A DNA stretch of 43,863 nucleotides from Candidatus Methanophagales archaeon (GTDB taxonomy: Archaea > Halobacteriota > Syntropharchaeia > Alkanophagales > Methanospirareceae): contig JAPWVK010000094.1 of assembly GCA_029241965.1 (NCBI GenBank), positions 1 to 43,863 of the forward strand. The letters are read 5' to 3'. The translations under genes were made by a program, and so were the position numbers. Of the stretch, positions 26,229 to 35,542 are shown piece by piece (the first letter of the stretch is position 1; every line of letters starts with the position of its first letter). The notes below the pieces were generated by a model that saw only the letters and a list, made by a program, of their open reading frames with translations, was not told the origin of the DNA and searched no databases.

Positions 26229-26373
26229 AAGGGATAACGGAACCGATGGAATGTAACTGCGGTCCCTACATACACAGAGCTAAGCGTTGCTGGTGAATTC
26301 TTAGTGGTAAACTTTTACATCCTGTCATATTATTTTAGTTATGGTAACTGGAACCAAAATCCAAAGATGTAAA

Positions 26374-26394
26374 AGATAATTGTAAGATAATTGT
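26374..26394. repeat. Direct repeat agataattgt-a-agataattgt upstream of the PEGA gene
   Basis: Read directly from the sequence. Lies about 30 nt upstream of the TATA-like element at 26420. Confidence 0.6.
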
Positions 26395-26419
26395 GAATTT
26401 TCTTTCATGAATCAAAAAG

Positions 26420-26428
26420 TTTATAAAT
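26420..26428 (+). promoter_or_regulatory. TATA-box-like element (tttataaat), implying a leaderless or near-leaderless transcript for the PEGA gene
   Basis: An AT-rich TATA-like octamer is centred about 27 nt upstream of the ATG at 26451. There is no SD-like motif in between. Confidence 0.4.
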
Positions 26429-26450
26429 GTAGTTTAAAAATAGATTATAC

Positions 26451-27518
26451 ATGAGGGAAAAGAATCTTATTTTAATGCTATTAGTAACTTTACTTTTAAG
26501 CTCGTGGTTTGGTTTAGTTAGCGTAAATGCACAAACAGGTACAATACAGGTAACTACATCCCCGGTTCAAGGGCAGATATTCATAGATGATAGCCTTTGC
26601 GGAAATCCCGGGTCTTGTACCAAAGAATGTGATGCGCTGATGGTTCATACAATATCTTTCGGGGAGGTCGAAGGATACGAACCACCCGACCCGCTATCAT
26701 GCAGATTAAGAGAGAATGAGACTTATTCGGTAGTAGGATACTACAAATTGAAATTGGTAACCGGCTCCATATCAGTAACTACCGACCCGGGAGACGGGAA
26801 AATATTTATAGATGGCAGATATGTAGGCACGGGTTCGTTTTCCGGACAATACGAACAGGGGACTTATAAAGTCTCTTTTGGCAATATTGTGGGGTATGTA
26901 ACTCCTGCTGCTCAGATAGTGATTGTAACGGAAGGTGAAAGTATGACGATCAGGGGGGTATATGAACCTTTAGCACCTGCAATAGCCCCCATTATTCAGT
27001 TGTATTCTACCAAGACAACTGTTACTTCAGAACTGCCCGGGTTACTCACTATTTCTGCTGTGAATCCAATGGGGAACCCGGTAATGACTGCGGAAACTGT
27101 TTTTACAGTAGATCCGGGTGTAGAGGTATCGGGTGTGGGCACACCTTTTGTAAGCTTCGGTGCTGGACAATACATCGGGAAATTCATCGTGCTACCAGAA
27201 GATGAGAAACATTTTACCGTGTCAGTCAGAGCTTTGAAAGAAGATCTAACGTCATTTACCGTGAAAGCGCAAACAATTTATTATTTTGGTGATGACATAG
27301 CGAATAGGCAGATGTTACAAAACACGATCACATTTAAAGTAGTGCCACCTCCTACCCCAGCACCTGCCCCGACACCACTAACAGCACCAAATCAAACATC
27401 CGATTCATCCTTAATAGGGGATACACCTACACCAACACAAAAATCGCCAGGCCTCGGAGCGGTATTTACAATTGCAGGATGGTTGGCAATAGCATTTTTA
27501 ATCAGAAAAAGGAAATGA
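26451..27518 (+). CDS. Secreted PEGA-domain surface protein with a PGF-CTERM-like tail
   Basis: Signal peptide ...WFGLVSVNA|Q. Two PEGA-like units (GTIQVTTSPVQGQIFIDDSLCG, GSISVTTDPGDGKIFIDGRYVGTG). Pro/Thr linker PPPTPAPAPTPLTAP. C-terminus SPGLGAVFTIAGWLAIAFLIRKRK. Confidence 0.8.
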   Translation: MREKNLILMLLVTLLLSSWFGLVSVNAQTGTIQVTTSPVQGQIFIDDSLCGNPGSCTKECDALMVHTISFGEVEGYEPPDPLSCRLRENETYSVVGYYKLKLVTGSISVTTDPGDGKIFIDGRYVGTGSFSGQYEQGTYKVSFGNIVGYVTPAAQIVIVTEGESMTIRGVYEPLAPAIAPIIQLYSTKTTVTSELPGLLTISAVNPMGNPVMTAETVFTVDPGVEVSGVGTPFVSFGAGQYIGKFIVLPEDEKHFTVSVRALKEDLTSFTVKAQTIYYFGDDIANRQMLQNTITFKVVPPPTPAPAPTPLTAPNQTSDSSLIGDTPTPTQKSPGLGAVFTIAGWLAIAFLIRKRK

Positions 27519-29320
27519 AATGGAGAAAAAATGGATATATGTTCAGAACGAAGTGGTTTTTGTACTATAATAACAAAAAGAAACGCTGCTGCTTTACCAT
27601 CGCTACCGCCATCTTGATTCTTGTTTTGTCATTGTGGTTTACCCCTATTGTGTCTGCTTCCCATCCCTCTTCGCCTGATTCTGACAACGATGGGATACCA
27701 GATGGATGGGAGATCAAATATGGATTAAATCCTGACGACCCAAACGATGTAAATCAGGATTACAACAATGATGGGCTCACAAATCTTGAAGAATATGAGA
27801 GTGGCTTAGATCCATTTAGTAGGGATACAGATAACGATAGAATTTCAAACTATGCGGAAGTAACGGGTTTATTTGGATTTGTAACAGACCCGCTCAACGG
27901 TGATACAGATGGAGATGGGTTAACAGATTTAGAGGAGATTGTTACGTATATCCATGTAAGTAGTCAGATACAAATGGATGAATTATTCGTGGATACTTTG
28001 TTAATAAAAGATTTGAAGAAGAGATATTATCCTTATAAGTTAGATCCGCTGAATCCGGATGTGGATAACGATGGGTTATTAGATGGAGAGGAAATGACAA
28101 GAGGCACATCACCCACATATGTTGATTCTGACGCAGATGGGCTCACTGATTACGAAGAAGTTTTTATATATAGCACTAACCCAACGAACATAGACACAGA
28201 TGGCGATTGGTTATCAGATAAAGAAGAGCTTACAGGTGGCTCATATTGCATCATTACTGACCCTAACAATCCAGATACAGATGGAGATGGCATAAGCGAT
28301 GGCGAAGAGCTTTTAGCGTTTGCTTTGGTTATGGTTCCTCCGAGCAGGCATGTACTTACATACGAGGAGTTTATTACCGATAACTCATATGCAGGTGAAT
28401 ATGTTACGATGAAGGCGAGAGTAAAAAGAATAACTCATGAGCCACAGGATAGGAGTTCATATTTAATCAGATTAAAATCTTTAAATTTGAGTAGCGGTTT
28501 GCAAAGTAAGCGAGGATTCATACGTGTTGGGAACTCATGGCACTATGATATAATAGAGCATAAGGTGGTCTTTATAGATGATGTATTCGGTTACATATTG
28601 AAAGAAGACGATGTTATATTAATTACGGGCGTTGCGGGTAAATTTTTAGGTATGGACAGGGAGCTTACCGTTAAAACGAACAATAATGATGCTGAAGGAT
28701 GTATATACCTGTTATTAGACCCAAAAGAGGCATTATCAAGAATTTCAGTATATAAATTAGCTTCACCATTGACGGATTATCCCTTTTGGTCCCACGTGAT
28801 GTTAGTATCGGTATCACCAAACTATGTTTCTTGGTCACCGATGAATTTAACTTCTGCCCAAGTATCAACATCTAATTCAACATCCAATAGTTCAACTACT
28901 ACTACCGATGTATCGGAATCAAGTTCAGAAATAACATTTGAAACTGAGGAAGCGAATGGTTTATTGCTTGCTGCTGCCACGGACCAAATAAGACCTGAGG
29001 CTAAAGAAGACAAAAATGACCTACTCATCAATATAACAATCGGAATTGGAGTTATTATTGTATTTCTTTTATTATATGCTAATTTTTTAATGTATGCTAA
29101 GCAGAAAGAGAAAAAGCAGGGTGAGGAGGGTAAAACTATATGGGTGGTGACAGGTATAAATAAGAAAGGAGAACATACATACGAAGTAGCAATTAATAAA
29201 GAAGGTAAGAGTGCCACAATAGAATTGAATAAGCGGCTATATAAGCAGTTAATAAGGAAGAAGAGATTGGTAATCGGAAAATACACAATTTTGATTCCCG
29301 TGAATGAAAAAGAATTTTAG
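27515..29320 (+). CDS. Secreted protein with thrombospondin-type-3-like Ca-binding repeats, an OB-like domain, a Ser/Thr linker, a TM helix and a small cytoplasmic tail domain
   Basis: Repeated DxDxDGxxDxxE units (DSDNDGIPDGWE, DTDGDGLTDLEE, DVDNDGLLDGEE, DSDADGLTDYEE, DTDGDWLSDKEE, DTDGDGISDGEE). Signal peptide ...WFTPIVSA|S. STSNSTSNSSTTTTD linker. TM helix IGIGVIIVFLLLYANFLMY. ATG at 27515 overlaps the upstream stop (ATGA). Alternative start at 27539. Confidence 0.75.
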   Translation: MKWRKNGYMFRTKWFLYYNNKKKRCCFTIATAILILVLSLWFTPIVSASHPSSPDSDNDGIPDGWEIKYGLNPDDPNDVNQDYNNDGLTNLEEYESGLDPFSRDTDNDRISNYAEVTGLFGFVTDPLNGDTDGDGLTDLEEIVTYIHVSSQIQMDELFVDTLLIKDLKKRYYPYKLDPLNPDVDNDGLLDGEEMTRGTSPTYVDSDADGLTDYEEVFIYSTNPTNIDTDGDWLSDKEELTGGSYCIITDPNNPDTDGDGISDGEELLAFALVMVPPSRHVLTYEEFITDNSYAGEYVTMKARVKRITHEPQDRSSYLIRLKSLNLSSGLQSKRGFIRVGNSWHYDIIEHKVVFIDDVFGYILKEDDVILITGVAGKFLGMDRELTVKTNNNDAEGCIYLLLDPKEALSRISVYKLASPLTDYPFWSHVMLVSVSPNYVSWSPMNLTSAQVSTSNSTSNSSTTTTDVSESSSEITFETEEANGLLLAAATDQIRPEAKEDKNDLLINITIGIGVIIVFLLLYANFLMYAKQKEKKQGEEGKTIWVVTGINKKGEHTYEVAINKEGKSATIELNKRLYKQLIRKKRLVIGKYTILIPVNEKEF

Positions 29321-29425
29321 AAGTGTTGTGTTAATCTTGTGCACACTCGTGGTTTTTTAATTTTTCGTCGATGTTCATTTAAGTGTAAAAATATTACGAT
29401 AATTACGCTTTTGAAAATAGGTACA

Positions 29426-30871
29426 TCAAACCCTCCAGAACGCAGGTGTTAGCAGCACTAATACGGTAAATAACTCTAACCGCCCTGCCCACATGCAAAA
29501 CGACAGGATGAGCTTCCCCACAATCGGAACTTCTGCGTAATTAAGATGCACGAGTCCGAAGCCAGGTCCAACGTTACCAAGTGTTGCCGCTACGGATGAG
29601 GCTGCACTGACCATATCTAACCCAATTGCAGCCATAAAAATCGAGCACACTACAAATATTAAGACATAAGCGATAAAGAATGCGAAAATCCCCTGCAGAA
29701 TTTCCTCGGAAATGGGCTTCTTTCCCGTCTTCAGCACAAATATCGCATGAGGATAGAGAATATGACGAATCCTTTGCATGCTGTATTTTAGCAGAACGCA
29801 TATCCGGACGACTTTTATACTACCTCCTGTTGAGCCACCGCATCCGCCAATGAACATCAGAGCAAATATAACTATCTTTGATAAATGACCCCAGGTATCA
29901 AAATTAGCGGTTGTGAATCCCGTGGTGGTCATAATAGAAATAGCCTGAAATCCACCGTATCTGAATGCGTCCCCTAAAGAATCAAGATGATGGATGTATA
30001 AATCGCCGGATATCACGAGAATAGCTATAAGGATAAATGCGCAATAGACCTGAAACTCATTATTTGCTAATATTTTACGGGGGTCTCGTACCAAAGAATA
30101 GTGCAGAATGAAGTTCATGCCTGCGAGGAACATGAACACCGCTATGATTAATTCTGCTATGGGGTTCATGTACCCGGCGATGCTTTCTGTAAGGGGGGAA
30201 AAGCCACCGGTGGGCATTGTGCTAAATGTTGTGCACAAGGAATCGTACAATGGCAGTTTCGCAACATAGAAAAGGGCAATAATCTCCGCACATGTCAGTA
30301 TCAGGTAAATAGACCAGAGCATTCTTGCCGTCTTCTGGACCCTCGGTCGTATCCGCTCGGACATAGGACCCGGGAACTCTCGGTCAAATAACTGGCTACC
30401 GGAAATGCCGAAAGTAGGTAAAATAGCAATAAAGAGCAGAATAACACCCATACCGCCAATCCATTGCGTGAAACTCCTCCATAGTAGTATGCTCCGGTCA
30501 ACCTGCTCTAAATTCAGCATTACCGTGGAGCCCGTGGTCGTGAAGCCGGACATGGACTCAAAGAAGGCATCAACAGGACTGAGTATCCCGGAGAATAAGA
30601 AAGGCAGCGAGCCGAAGATTGCTACAAATAGCCAGCCCAAAGCGACAATGGCAAAACCCTCCCGCCTTTTTATCTCACCTTTTGTTCCTATCCACTCAAA
30701 AATCAACCCGAAAGTGATGGTAATCGCAAGCGGGACAATCCAGGTCCTAATAATAAAAGGCGATAAGATCTCCTCGCCGTACCAAACCCCCACGCAAAGG
30801 GGAACTACCATTAAAATACCTAAATACTTCAGTATTGTTCCAATACTACCGAAAACTACCTCTTTGTCCAT
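29426..30871 (-). CDS. trkH: Trk/Ktr-type potassium uptake membrane subunit TrkH
   Basis: 481-aa polytopic protein with the repeated selectivity-filter-like motifs of TrkH/KtrB (SGFTTTGST, STMPTGGFS, MTTTGFTT, GGCGGSTGGSIKV). Confidence 0.88.
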   Translation of the reverse strand: MDKEVVFGSIGTILKYLGILMVVPLCVGVWYGEEILSPFIIRTWIVPLAITITFGLIFEWIGTKGEIKRREGFAIVALGWLFVAIFGSLPFLFSGILSPVDAFFESMSGFTTTGSTVMLNLEQVDRSILLWRSFTQWIGGMGVILLFIAILPTFGISGSQLFDREFPGPMSERIRPRVQKTARMLWSIYLILTCAEIIALFYVAKLPLYDSLCTTFSTMPTGGFSPLTESIAGYMNPIAELIIAVFMFLAGMNFILHYSLVRDPRKILANNEFQVYCAFILIAILVISGDLYIHHLDSLGDAFRYGGFQAISIMTTTGFTTANFDTWGHLSKIVIFALMFIGGCGGSTGGSIKVVRICVLLKYSMQRIRHILYPHAIFVLKTGKKPISEEILQGIFAFFIAYVLIFVVCSIFMAAIGLDMVSAASSVAATLGNVGPGFGLVHLNYAEVPIVGKLILSFCMWAGRLELFTVLVLLTPAFWRV

Positions 30872-31042
30872 ATGCTTCTTCTTCTTTTTAAAAATGTGCT
30901 GAAAGGAAAAGGCACAAGTTTCTTTGGATACTCTTCCATCCTAATATAGGGACGTCTTTTTGATATATGACACGGCTAAAATTAAAATAGGTACGAAGAT
31001 CATACTTAGAAGTTGTTTTGATAAAGTTTCAAGAAAAGGTTT

Positions 31043-31357
31043 GTGCGGGCACGCTCTCGTTCGACACTTTCGCTGCCAGTCAGACCCTCAAAGTCTTCCT
31101 CCACATCGCTACCCTGCGAGCGCCAACCGTCCACGGTAAGTCTGCTCCCTTCCGGACCTAAACCGGTACCCACAGCAAAGGCAGGGCAACAAACCCTCCA
31201 GCTTGCCACCTTACCACCGTCAACCCCTCAGGACGGTGCTTCTTCGTAGGACCCCAAGCTGAAACTGACGGTTACAGTGCCTCACTCAAGCTTCGCCTCT
31301 CGCATATCGACGATTTCGAGTGGCAAAGGACGCCGAACCCTCCAGGCTAGCCCGCAC
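31043..31357 (-). ncRNA. Archaeal signal recognition particle RNA (7S/SRP RNA)
   Basis: The minus-strand RNA starts GUGCGGGCUAGCCUGGAGGGUUCGGCGUCC and ends ...GCGUGCCCGCAC, so the termini pair perfectly (GUGCGGGC/GCCCGCAC). It contains the conserved SRP domain IV motif GGUCCGGAAGGGAGCAG (plus-strand 31142..31159). It is GC-rich compared with its flanks and about 315 nt long, typical of archaeal SRP RNA. The ORFs called here (31006..31209, 31043..31249) are R/S/P-rich artefacts. Confidence 0.85.
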
Positions 31358-31377
31358 AATTCTAAATAGACTGTGGA

Positions 31378-31386
31378 TTAAATAAA
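31378..31386 (-). promoter_or_regulatory. TATA box (tttatttaa on the minus strand) for the SRP RNA gene
   Basis: Located 21-29 nt upstream of the predicted SRP RNA 5' end at 31357. Confidence 0.45.
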
Positions 31387-31398
31387 CCCTTTGATTTT

Positions 31399-32313
31399 TT
31401 AAAAGGTGTCCATCACAAAAACTTCACCCTTCTCATGACGGGGATATGCGGGAACGACATCTATTTTTATGTCTAACCGCTTCTCCAAATCTTTATACCT
31501 GTTCCTGATAGTAATCTCAGTGGTGCCCATAACCTTGGCTATTTCCCTCTCCGTTCGATACTCGCCGCCTACAATTGCCGCGATGTATATTGCCGCAGCC
31601 GCCGTTCCTATTGGCCCCCAGCCCTTGGTTGCTTCTATCCCTTTATCATCATTTAGTATCTCGATTGCCCTCTCCCTCGTCGTCGGAGTCACACCGAGTT
31701 CGGAGCAGAACCGAGGTATGAATAGTGCAGGGTCAGCAGGTGCGAGTTTTATCCCCAATTTCCGTAAGAGGAATATGTACGCCCTTCTTATCTTCTTTAA
31801 AGGACTTCTTGAGACTTTTGCAACCTCTTTCAGCGTCCTTGGGACTCCATATTGTCTACAAACAATGTACAGCATGGCAGAGACCAATTCTTCTATACTC
31901 CGCCCTTTAATCAATTTCTCCTTCGCCGCCCTCCGGTATAACACCGAAGTCGCCTCCCGAATATTACCCGGCAGTTTAAGCGCACAAGCCATTCTATCTA
32001 TCTCAACGAGTGCGAATGCAAGGGTCTTTTCATTACTATCCATATTTACCCACCGCACTCTCTTTATGCCTGGTGGCAAGGATGGTGTCGGCGTGCTCAA
32101 TCCTTTATCGTGTATCCTATAACTCATACCGGGACCAGTTCTTATCCTCTTAGAAGCTTGTTCCGCATCAAATGCGCGCCATTCTGGTCCAACGTCCACT
32201 ATATTCTCGTCTATTACCACGCCACAATCGGCACAGTAAAGCTCTGCATGCTTAGAATCTGATACTACATTCTTCGACCCGCATTCCGGGCAGTCTTTTG
32301 TCCTTATAGTCAT
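31399..32313 (-). CDS. tfb: Transcription initiation factor TFB (TFIIB homologue)
   Basis: N-terminal Zn ribbon CPECGS...CADCG. B-finger/linker, then two cyclin-fold repeats (ALVEIDRMACALKLP...; IPRFCSELGV...AAAAIYIAA). GGAGGAG lies 9 nt upstream of the ATG at 32313. Confidence 0.92.
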   Translation of the reverse strand: MTIRTKDCPECGSKNVVSDSKHAELYCADCGVVIDENIVDVGPEWRAFDAEQASKRIRTGPGMSYRIHDKGLSTPTPSLPPGIKRVRWVNMDSNEKTLAFALVEIDRMACALKLPGNIREATSVLYRRAAKEKLIKGRSIEELVSAMLYIVCRQYGVPRTLKEVAKVSRSPLKKIRRAYIFLLRKLGIKLAPADPALFIPRFCSELGVTPTTRERAIEILNDDKGIEATKGWGPIGTAAAAIYIAAIVGGEYRTEREIAKVMGTTEITIRNRYKDLEKRLDIKIDVVPAYPRHEKGEVFVMDTF

Positions 32314-32643
32314 AATTATGATCTCCTCCAAAAAGTACTCATCCCCACTCCGCAAAGCCATAGGGGAGATAGCAATTTGAGCGACATTTATAGGCGTAAA
32401 CGCTTATCCACTAACTGACATGCCTCCCTTTCTCCTCCCTTCCTGTCCGCGATATCTCAAGGATGCCTTTCCACATGATCATCTGCAACAACGTATATTG
32501 TATATGATACATATATAGATGTCGGTAGTATTACTAACTACATGTTGAATCTCTTTAGCGATGGGCAAATGATTTTCAAGCCGTTAAAGAAGAGCAATGA
32601 CGAAGATGGGTTCGTAAACATCGTTGTTACTCGGGTATAAACT

Positions 32644-33567
32644 ATGGGATTAGATGTGGATAAATTCACGGGTGCATTGATAGGTAGTGCGGTGGGAGAT
32701 GCTTTAGGTGCGCCCGTAGAGGGGTATAGCATGCGGAAGGTGCGTTCGGTCTATGGCGGGGGAGAGGAATGGGCGATGAAATCGGGTCGCTATACGGACG
32801 ATACGCAGATGATGATAGGCGTTGCAGAATCTTTAATAGAGAATAGGGGCTTCAATGGGGCGGATATGGCACTGACGTTTATCCGGAATTACGATGAGCG
32901 AAGGGGATATGGTCCTGGGTCTAAGGAAGCGTTGCGAAGGATAAGTGAGGGCGAGAGTTGGGAAGAGGCATCGAAGAAGCTATTTGGAGGTAACGGTTCG
33001 TATGGCAATGGCGCTGCGATGAGGATTGCCCCCGTGGGTATATTTTATTATGATAACACGGAAGTGCTGAGGGCAATAGCTTATAAATCAAGCCATATTA
33101 CGCATTCTCACGTGCTTGGAAAGGAAGGAGCAGCTATTCAGGCATATTCCATCGCTCTTGCGGTACGTGGGCATAAAGAAGATATGTTGTCCCGCCTGAA
33201 AGAGTTTGTTAAATATGAAGCGTATAAAGAAAAGATAAGTAAGGTGGAGCTGCTTTTGGATAAAGGGGCGAATGAGGGAGATATAATCAGAGAATTGGGT
33301 ACGGGAGAAGCGGCTTTTAACTCCGTACCCACCGCTATTTACTCTTTTATCAGATTTAACACTTTTAAAGATGCTGTCACCTATGCAGTAAGTTTAGGTG
33401 GCGATACCGATACCATAGGGGCAATGACCGGAGCGATAAGTGGTGCTTTTTATGGCGAAGGTGCAATTCCCAGAGGGTGGATCGGGAAGTTGGAAGAGGG
33501 AGAAAAAGGCAAGAGTTATATAAAGCGGTTAGGGGAGGTGTTGTACCGTATCAAGATGCAACTTTGA
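32644..33567 (+). CDS. ADP-ribosylglycohydrolase family protein (DraG/ARH-like)
   Basis: FTGALIGSAVGDALGAPVEG, YTDDTQM, GNGAAMRIAPVG and GGDTDTIGAMTGAISGAFYG are the family metal-binding motifs. Confidence 0.88.
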   Translation: MGLDVDKFTGALIGSAVGDALGAPVEGYSMRKVRSVYGGGEEWAMKSGRYTDDTQMMIGVAESLIENRGFNGADMALTFIRNYDERRGYGPGSKEALRRISEGESWEEASKKLFGGNGSYGNGAAMRIAPVGIFYYDNTEVLRAIAYKSSHITHSHVLGKEGAAIQAYSIALAVRGHKEDMLSRLKEFVKYEAYKEKISKVELLLDKGANEGDIIRELGTGEAAFNSVPTAIYSFIRFNTFKDAVTYAVSLGGDTDTIGAMTGAISGAFYGEGAIPRGWIGKLEEGEKGKSYIKRLGEVLYRIKMQL

Positions 33568-33633
33568 GTTTTGGCAATCCCTTTCCCCGCACACGCTTAT
33601 ATTAAATAATAATAGGTGCAATCTAAATAGGTA

Positions 33634-34179
33634 ATGATGAATGAGCAGAAAGAAGTGACGGAGATGAAGGGTGCTATATTCAAGGCATTGGGCAGTAAGA
33701 CGCGGGTGGCGATGATAAAGCTTTTGATGATTCGAGAGTATCATGTATCTGGCCTTGCAAAAGCGTTGGATATCTCGGTTCCGGTTGCGGCTAAGCACGT
33801 AAAAATCTTAGAGAAGGTAGGGGCGGTGGAGAACGAGGTATTTGGTAAAACACACGTATTGAGAGTGAATAGAGAGCGGCTGTATGAAGCGATGGAGACG
33901 TTTAGCGATGAATACGAGATAGAAGTAGAGAAAGGCGCGAGTTTGCTGGACGCATTAAGGGCGGTTGCAGGTGTTGGAGTAAAGAGAGTAGCGGACCGAG
34001 AGTTTATCGTTTCTGTGGACAATGAAGAGGGTTTTTTTGTGTATGAAGTAAATGGGAAGCTTCCAAATACGCCTATTAACGAATATAAGATAAATAAGGG
34101 CGAAGAGATAGAAATAAAGCGGTTGGTTCCGGTACTTAAGAAAAGAGTGAGGATAAAAATTAGTACAAATCCCAAATAA
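33634..34179 (+). CDS. ArsR-family winged-helix regulator with a C-terminal beta-rich (DUF4430-like) extension
   Basis: FKALGSKTRVAMIKLLMIREYHVSGLAKALDISVPVAAKHVKILEKVGAV is an ArsR/SmtB HTH. The C-terminal region SLLDALRAV...FIVSVDNEEGFFVYEVNGKLPNTPINEYKINKGEEIEI resembles the DUF4430 fold pattern, recalled from memory. Confidence 0.65.
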   Translation: MMNEQKEVTEMKGAIFKALGSKTRVAMIKLLMIREYHVSGLAKALDISVPVAAKHVKILEKVGAVENEVFGKTHVLRVNRERLYEAMETFSDEYEIEVEKGASLLDALRAVAGVGVKRVADREFIVSVDNEEGFFVYEVNGKLPNTPINEYKINKGEEIEIKRLVPVLKKRVRIKISTNPK

Positions 34180-34285
34180 TACTCACAAAACGTGTCTTTA
34201 TACCGAAGTCAAATGGTGACAGAAGACCGCTTGGAACATGGACTGCAAGAACATGTAATCAAGGCTCTGGTTGAAATCTAAGTTT

Positions 34286-35425
34286 CTACGCACCAACCAA
34301 TGCCTGTCGTAACAGTTCCTTCTGTTGCGCCGTGAGATTCCTTGGCGTTTCCACGACTACAGCCACATATAAGTCCCCACGACCCTTATCACCGCGCCTC
34401 GGCATTCCCAGTCCGCGCAAGCGAAGTTTGGAGTCTGTCTGTGTTTCAGCCGGAATTTTTACCTTCACCTGCTTGCCATCTATTGTTCTGACCATAATTT
34501 CACCGCCTAAAGCTGACTGAGCGAAACTAATCGGCACTTTCATATAAAGGTCTGCGCCACGTCTTTCAAAGACTGGATGTGGTAAAACGTTTAATATCAC
34601 GTGCAGGTCACCCTGTACTCCACCAATCTGGGACTCAGGAGCTCTTCCTGCCTTCGGAATTATTATCTCGTATCCCGATTCAACGCCCTTCTTAATCTTA
34701 AGCACTACCTTTGTGCGCTTTGATACCGTGCCCTTACCGCCGCATACGCTGCATAAGTCTAAATTGGATTTACCGGTGCCTTTACAGTGCGGACAGACCG
34801 TAGCGGTTATCACATGGGAACCCCTTCTACTTTGCACGTTCCTTATCTGGCCTGTGCCATTACAATATGGGCACGTACGGGATTTACCGGAACGTGTTCC
34901 CGAGCCGCCACAAGCCTTGCACACACGCGACATAGGAACTTCAATCGTCTTCTCCGTACCCCGAGCCACATCTTCAAGCGTAATATTCAAACTTAAACGG
35001 ACGTCAGCACCGCGAACCGGCTTTTGTATCACTTCTCCACTACCAAAGAGGGTGTCAAATATGCCACCGCTACCCGCAAATCCGGGACGGGACGACGACC
35101 TGAAGAACGAATTGAATATCGCACTCCCAAAGATGTCCTCAACATCATGAGAATGCGTGAAGTGGCTCCAATTGAAACCTTCGGGACCAAAAGCCTCATC
35201 CGCCACCCTTGACCCGATTTGGTCATACTTTGCTCGTTTTTCCTTGTCTATCAGCACTTCGTAAGCCTCAGAAATCTCTTTAAACTTCTCTTCCGCCTCT
35301 TTCTTGTCGCCTTTGTACGTATCCGGATGATATTGCTTCGCCTGCTTTCGATATGCTTTTTTAATATCCTTCTCGGTGGCGTCTCTGCTAACACCAAGTA
35401 TCTCGTAATAATCTTTCTTCGGCAT
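34286..35425 (-). CDS. dnaJ: Molecular chaperone DnaJ (Hsp40)
   Basis: J domain [31 protein letters not shown]. Four CxxCxGxG zinc-finger repeats ([32 protein letters not shown]). Confidence 0.95.
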   Translation of the reverse strand: MPKKDYYEILGVSRDATEKDIKKAYRKQAKQYHPDTYKGDKKEAEEKFKEISEAYEVLIDKEKRAKYDQIGSRVADEAFGPEGFNWSHFTHSHDVEDIFGSAIFNSFFRSSSRPGFAGSGGIFDTLFGSGEVIQKPVRGADVRLSLNITLEDVARGTEKTIEVPMSRVCKACGGSGTRSGKSRTCPYCNGTGQIRNVQSRRGSHVITATVCPHCKGTGKSNLDLCSVCGGKGTVSKRTKVVLKIKKGVESGYEIIIPKAGRAPESQIGGVQGDLHVILNVLPHPVFERRGADLYMKVPISFAQSALGGEIMVRTIDGKQVKVKIPAETQTDSKLRLRGLGMPRRGDKGRGDLYVAVVVETPRNLTAQQKELLRQALVGA

Positions 35426-35485
35426 ATTACTTCTACATCAGTCTCAGATGCACTAATGGCATTTGTTTAGCTTATATAAATAATA

Positions 35486-35512
35486 GAAAAAGCCCAAATC
35501 CAAACGGATTTG
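35486..35512 (-). terminator. Hairpin plus T-run after the dnaK stop (intra-operon attenuator/terminator candidate)
   Basis: The minus strand reads CAAAUCC-GUUU-GGAUUUG followed by GGCUUUUU. A TATA-like ttatttatataagc lies just downstream, ahead of dnaJ. Confidence 0.4.
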
Positions 35513-35542
35513 AGCATCATTGGACAATTCGGATTTGTTTTC

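Noticed and set aside
29426-30871. trkH without an adjacent trkA gene, considered as an anomaly
   Set aside because: trkA and trkH are frequently unlinked in prokaryotic genomes, so this is not informative without the whole genome.
31006-31249. Two overlapping 67-68-aa ORFs on opposite strands
   Set aside because: Both lie within the SRP RNA gene. The GC-rich structured RNA gives stop-free stretches by chance, and the translations are R/S/P-rich.
31469-32122. 217-aa plus-strand ORF
   Set aside because: It is antisense to tfb, whose Zn ribbon and cyclin repeats are unambiguous.
32542-32640. 32-codon ORF (MLNLFSDGQMIFKPLKKSNDEDGFVNIVVTRV) just upstream of the ADP-ribosylglycohydrolase gene
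   Set aside because: It is too short, has no SD-like motif and resembles no known family. Coding cannot be told from chance without conservation or ribosome profiling.
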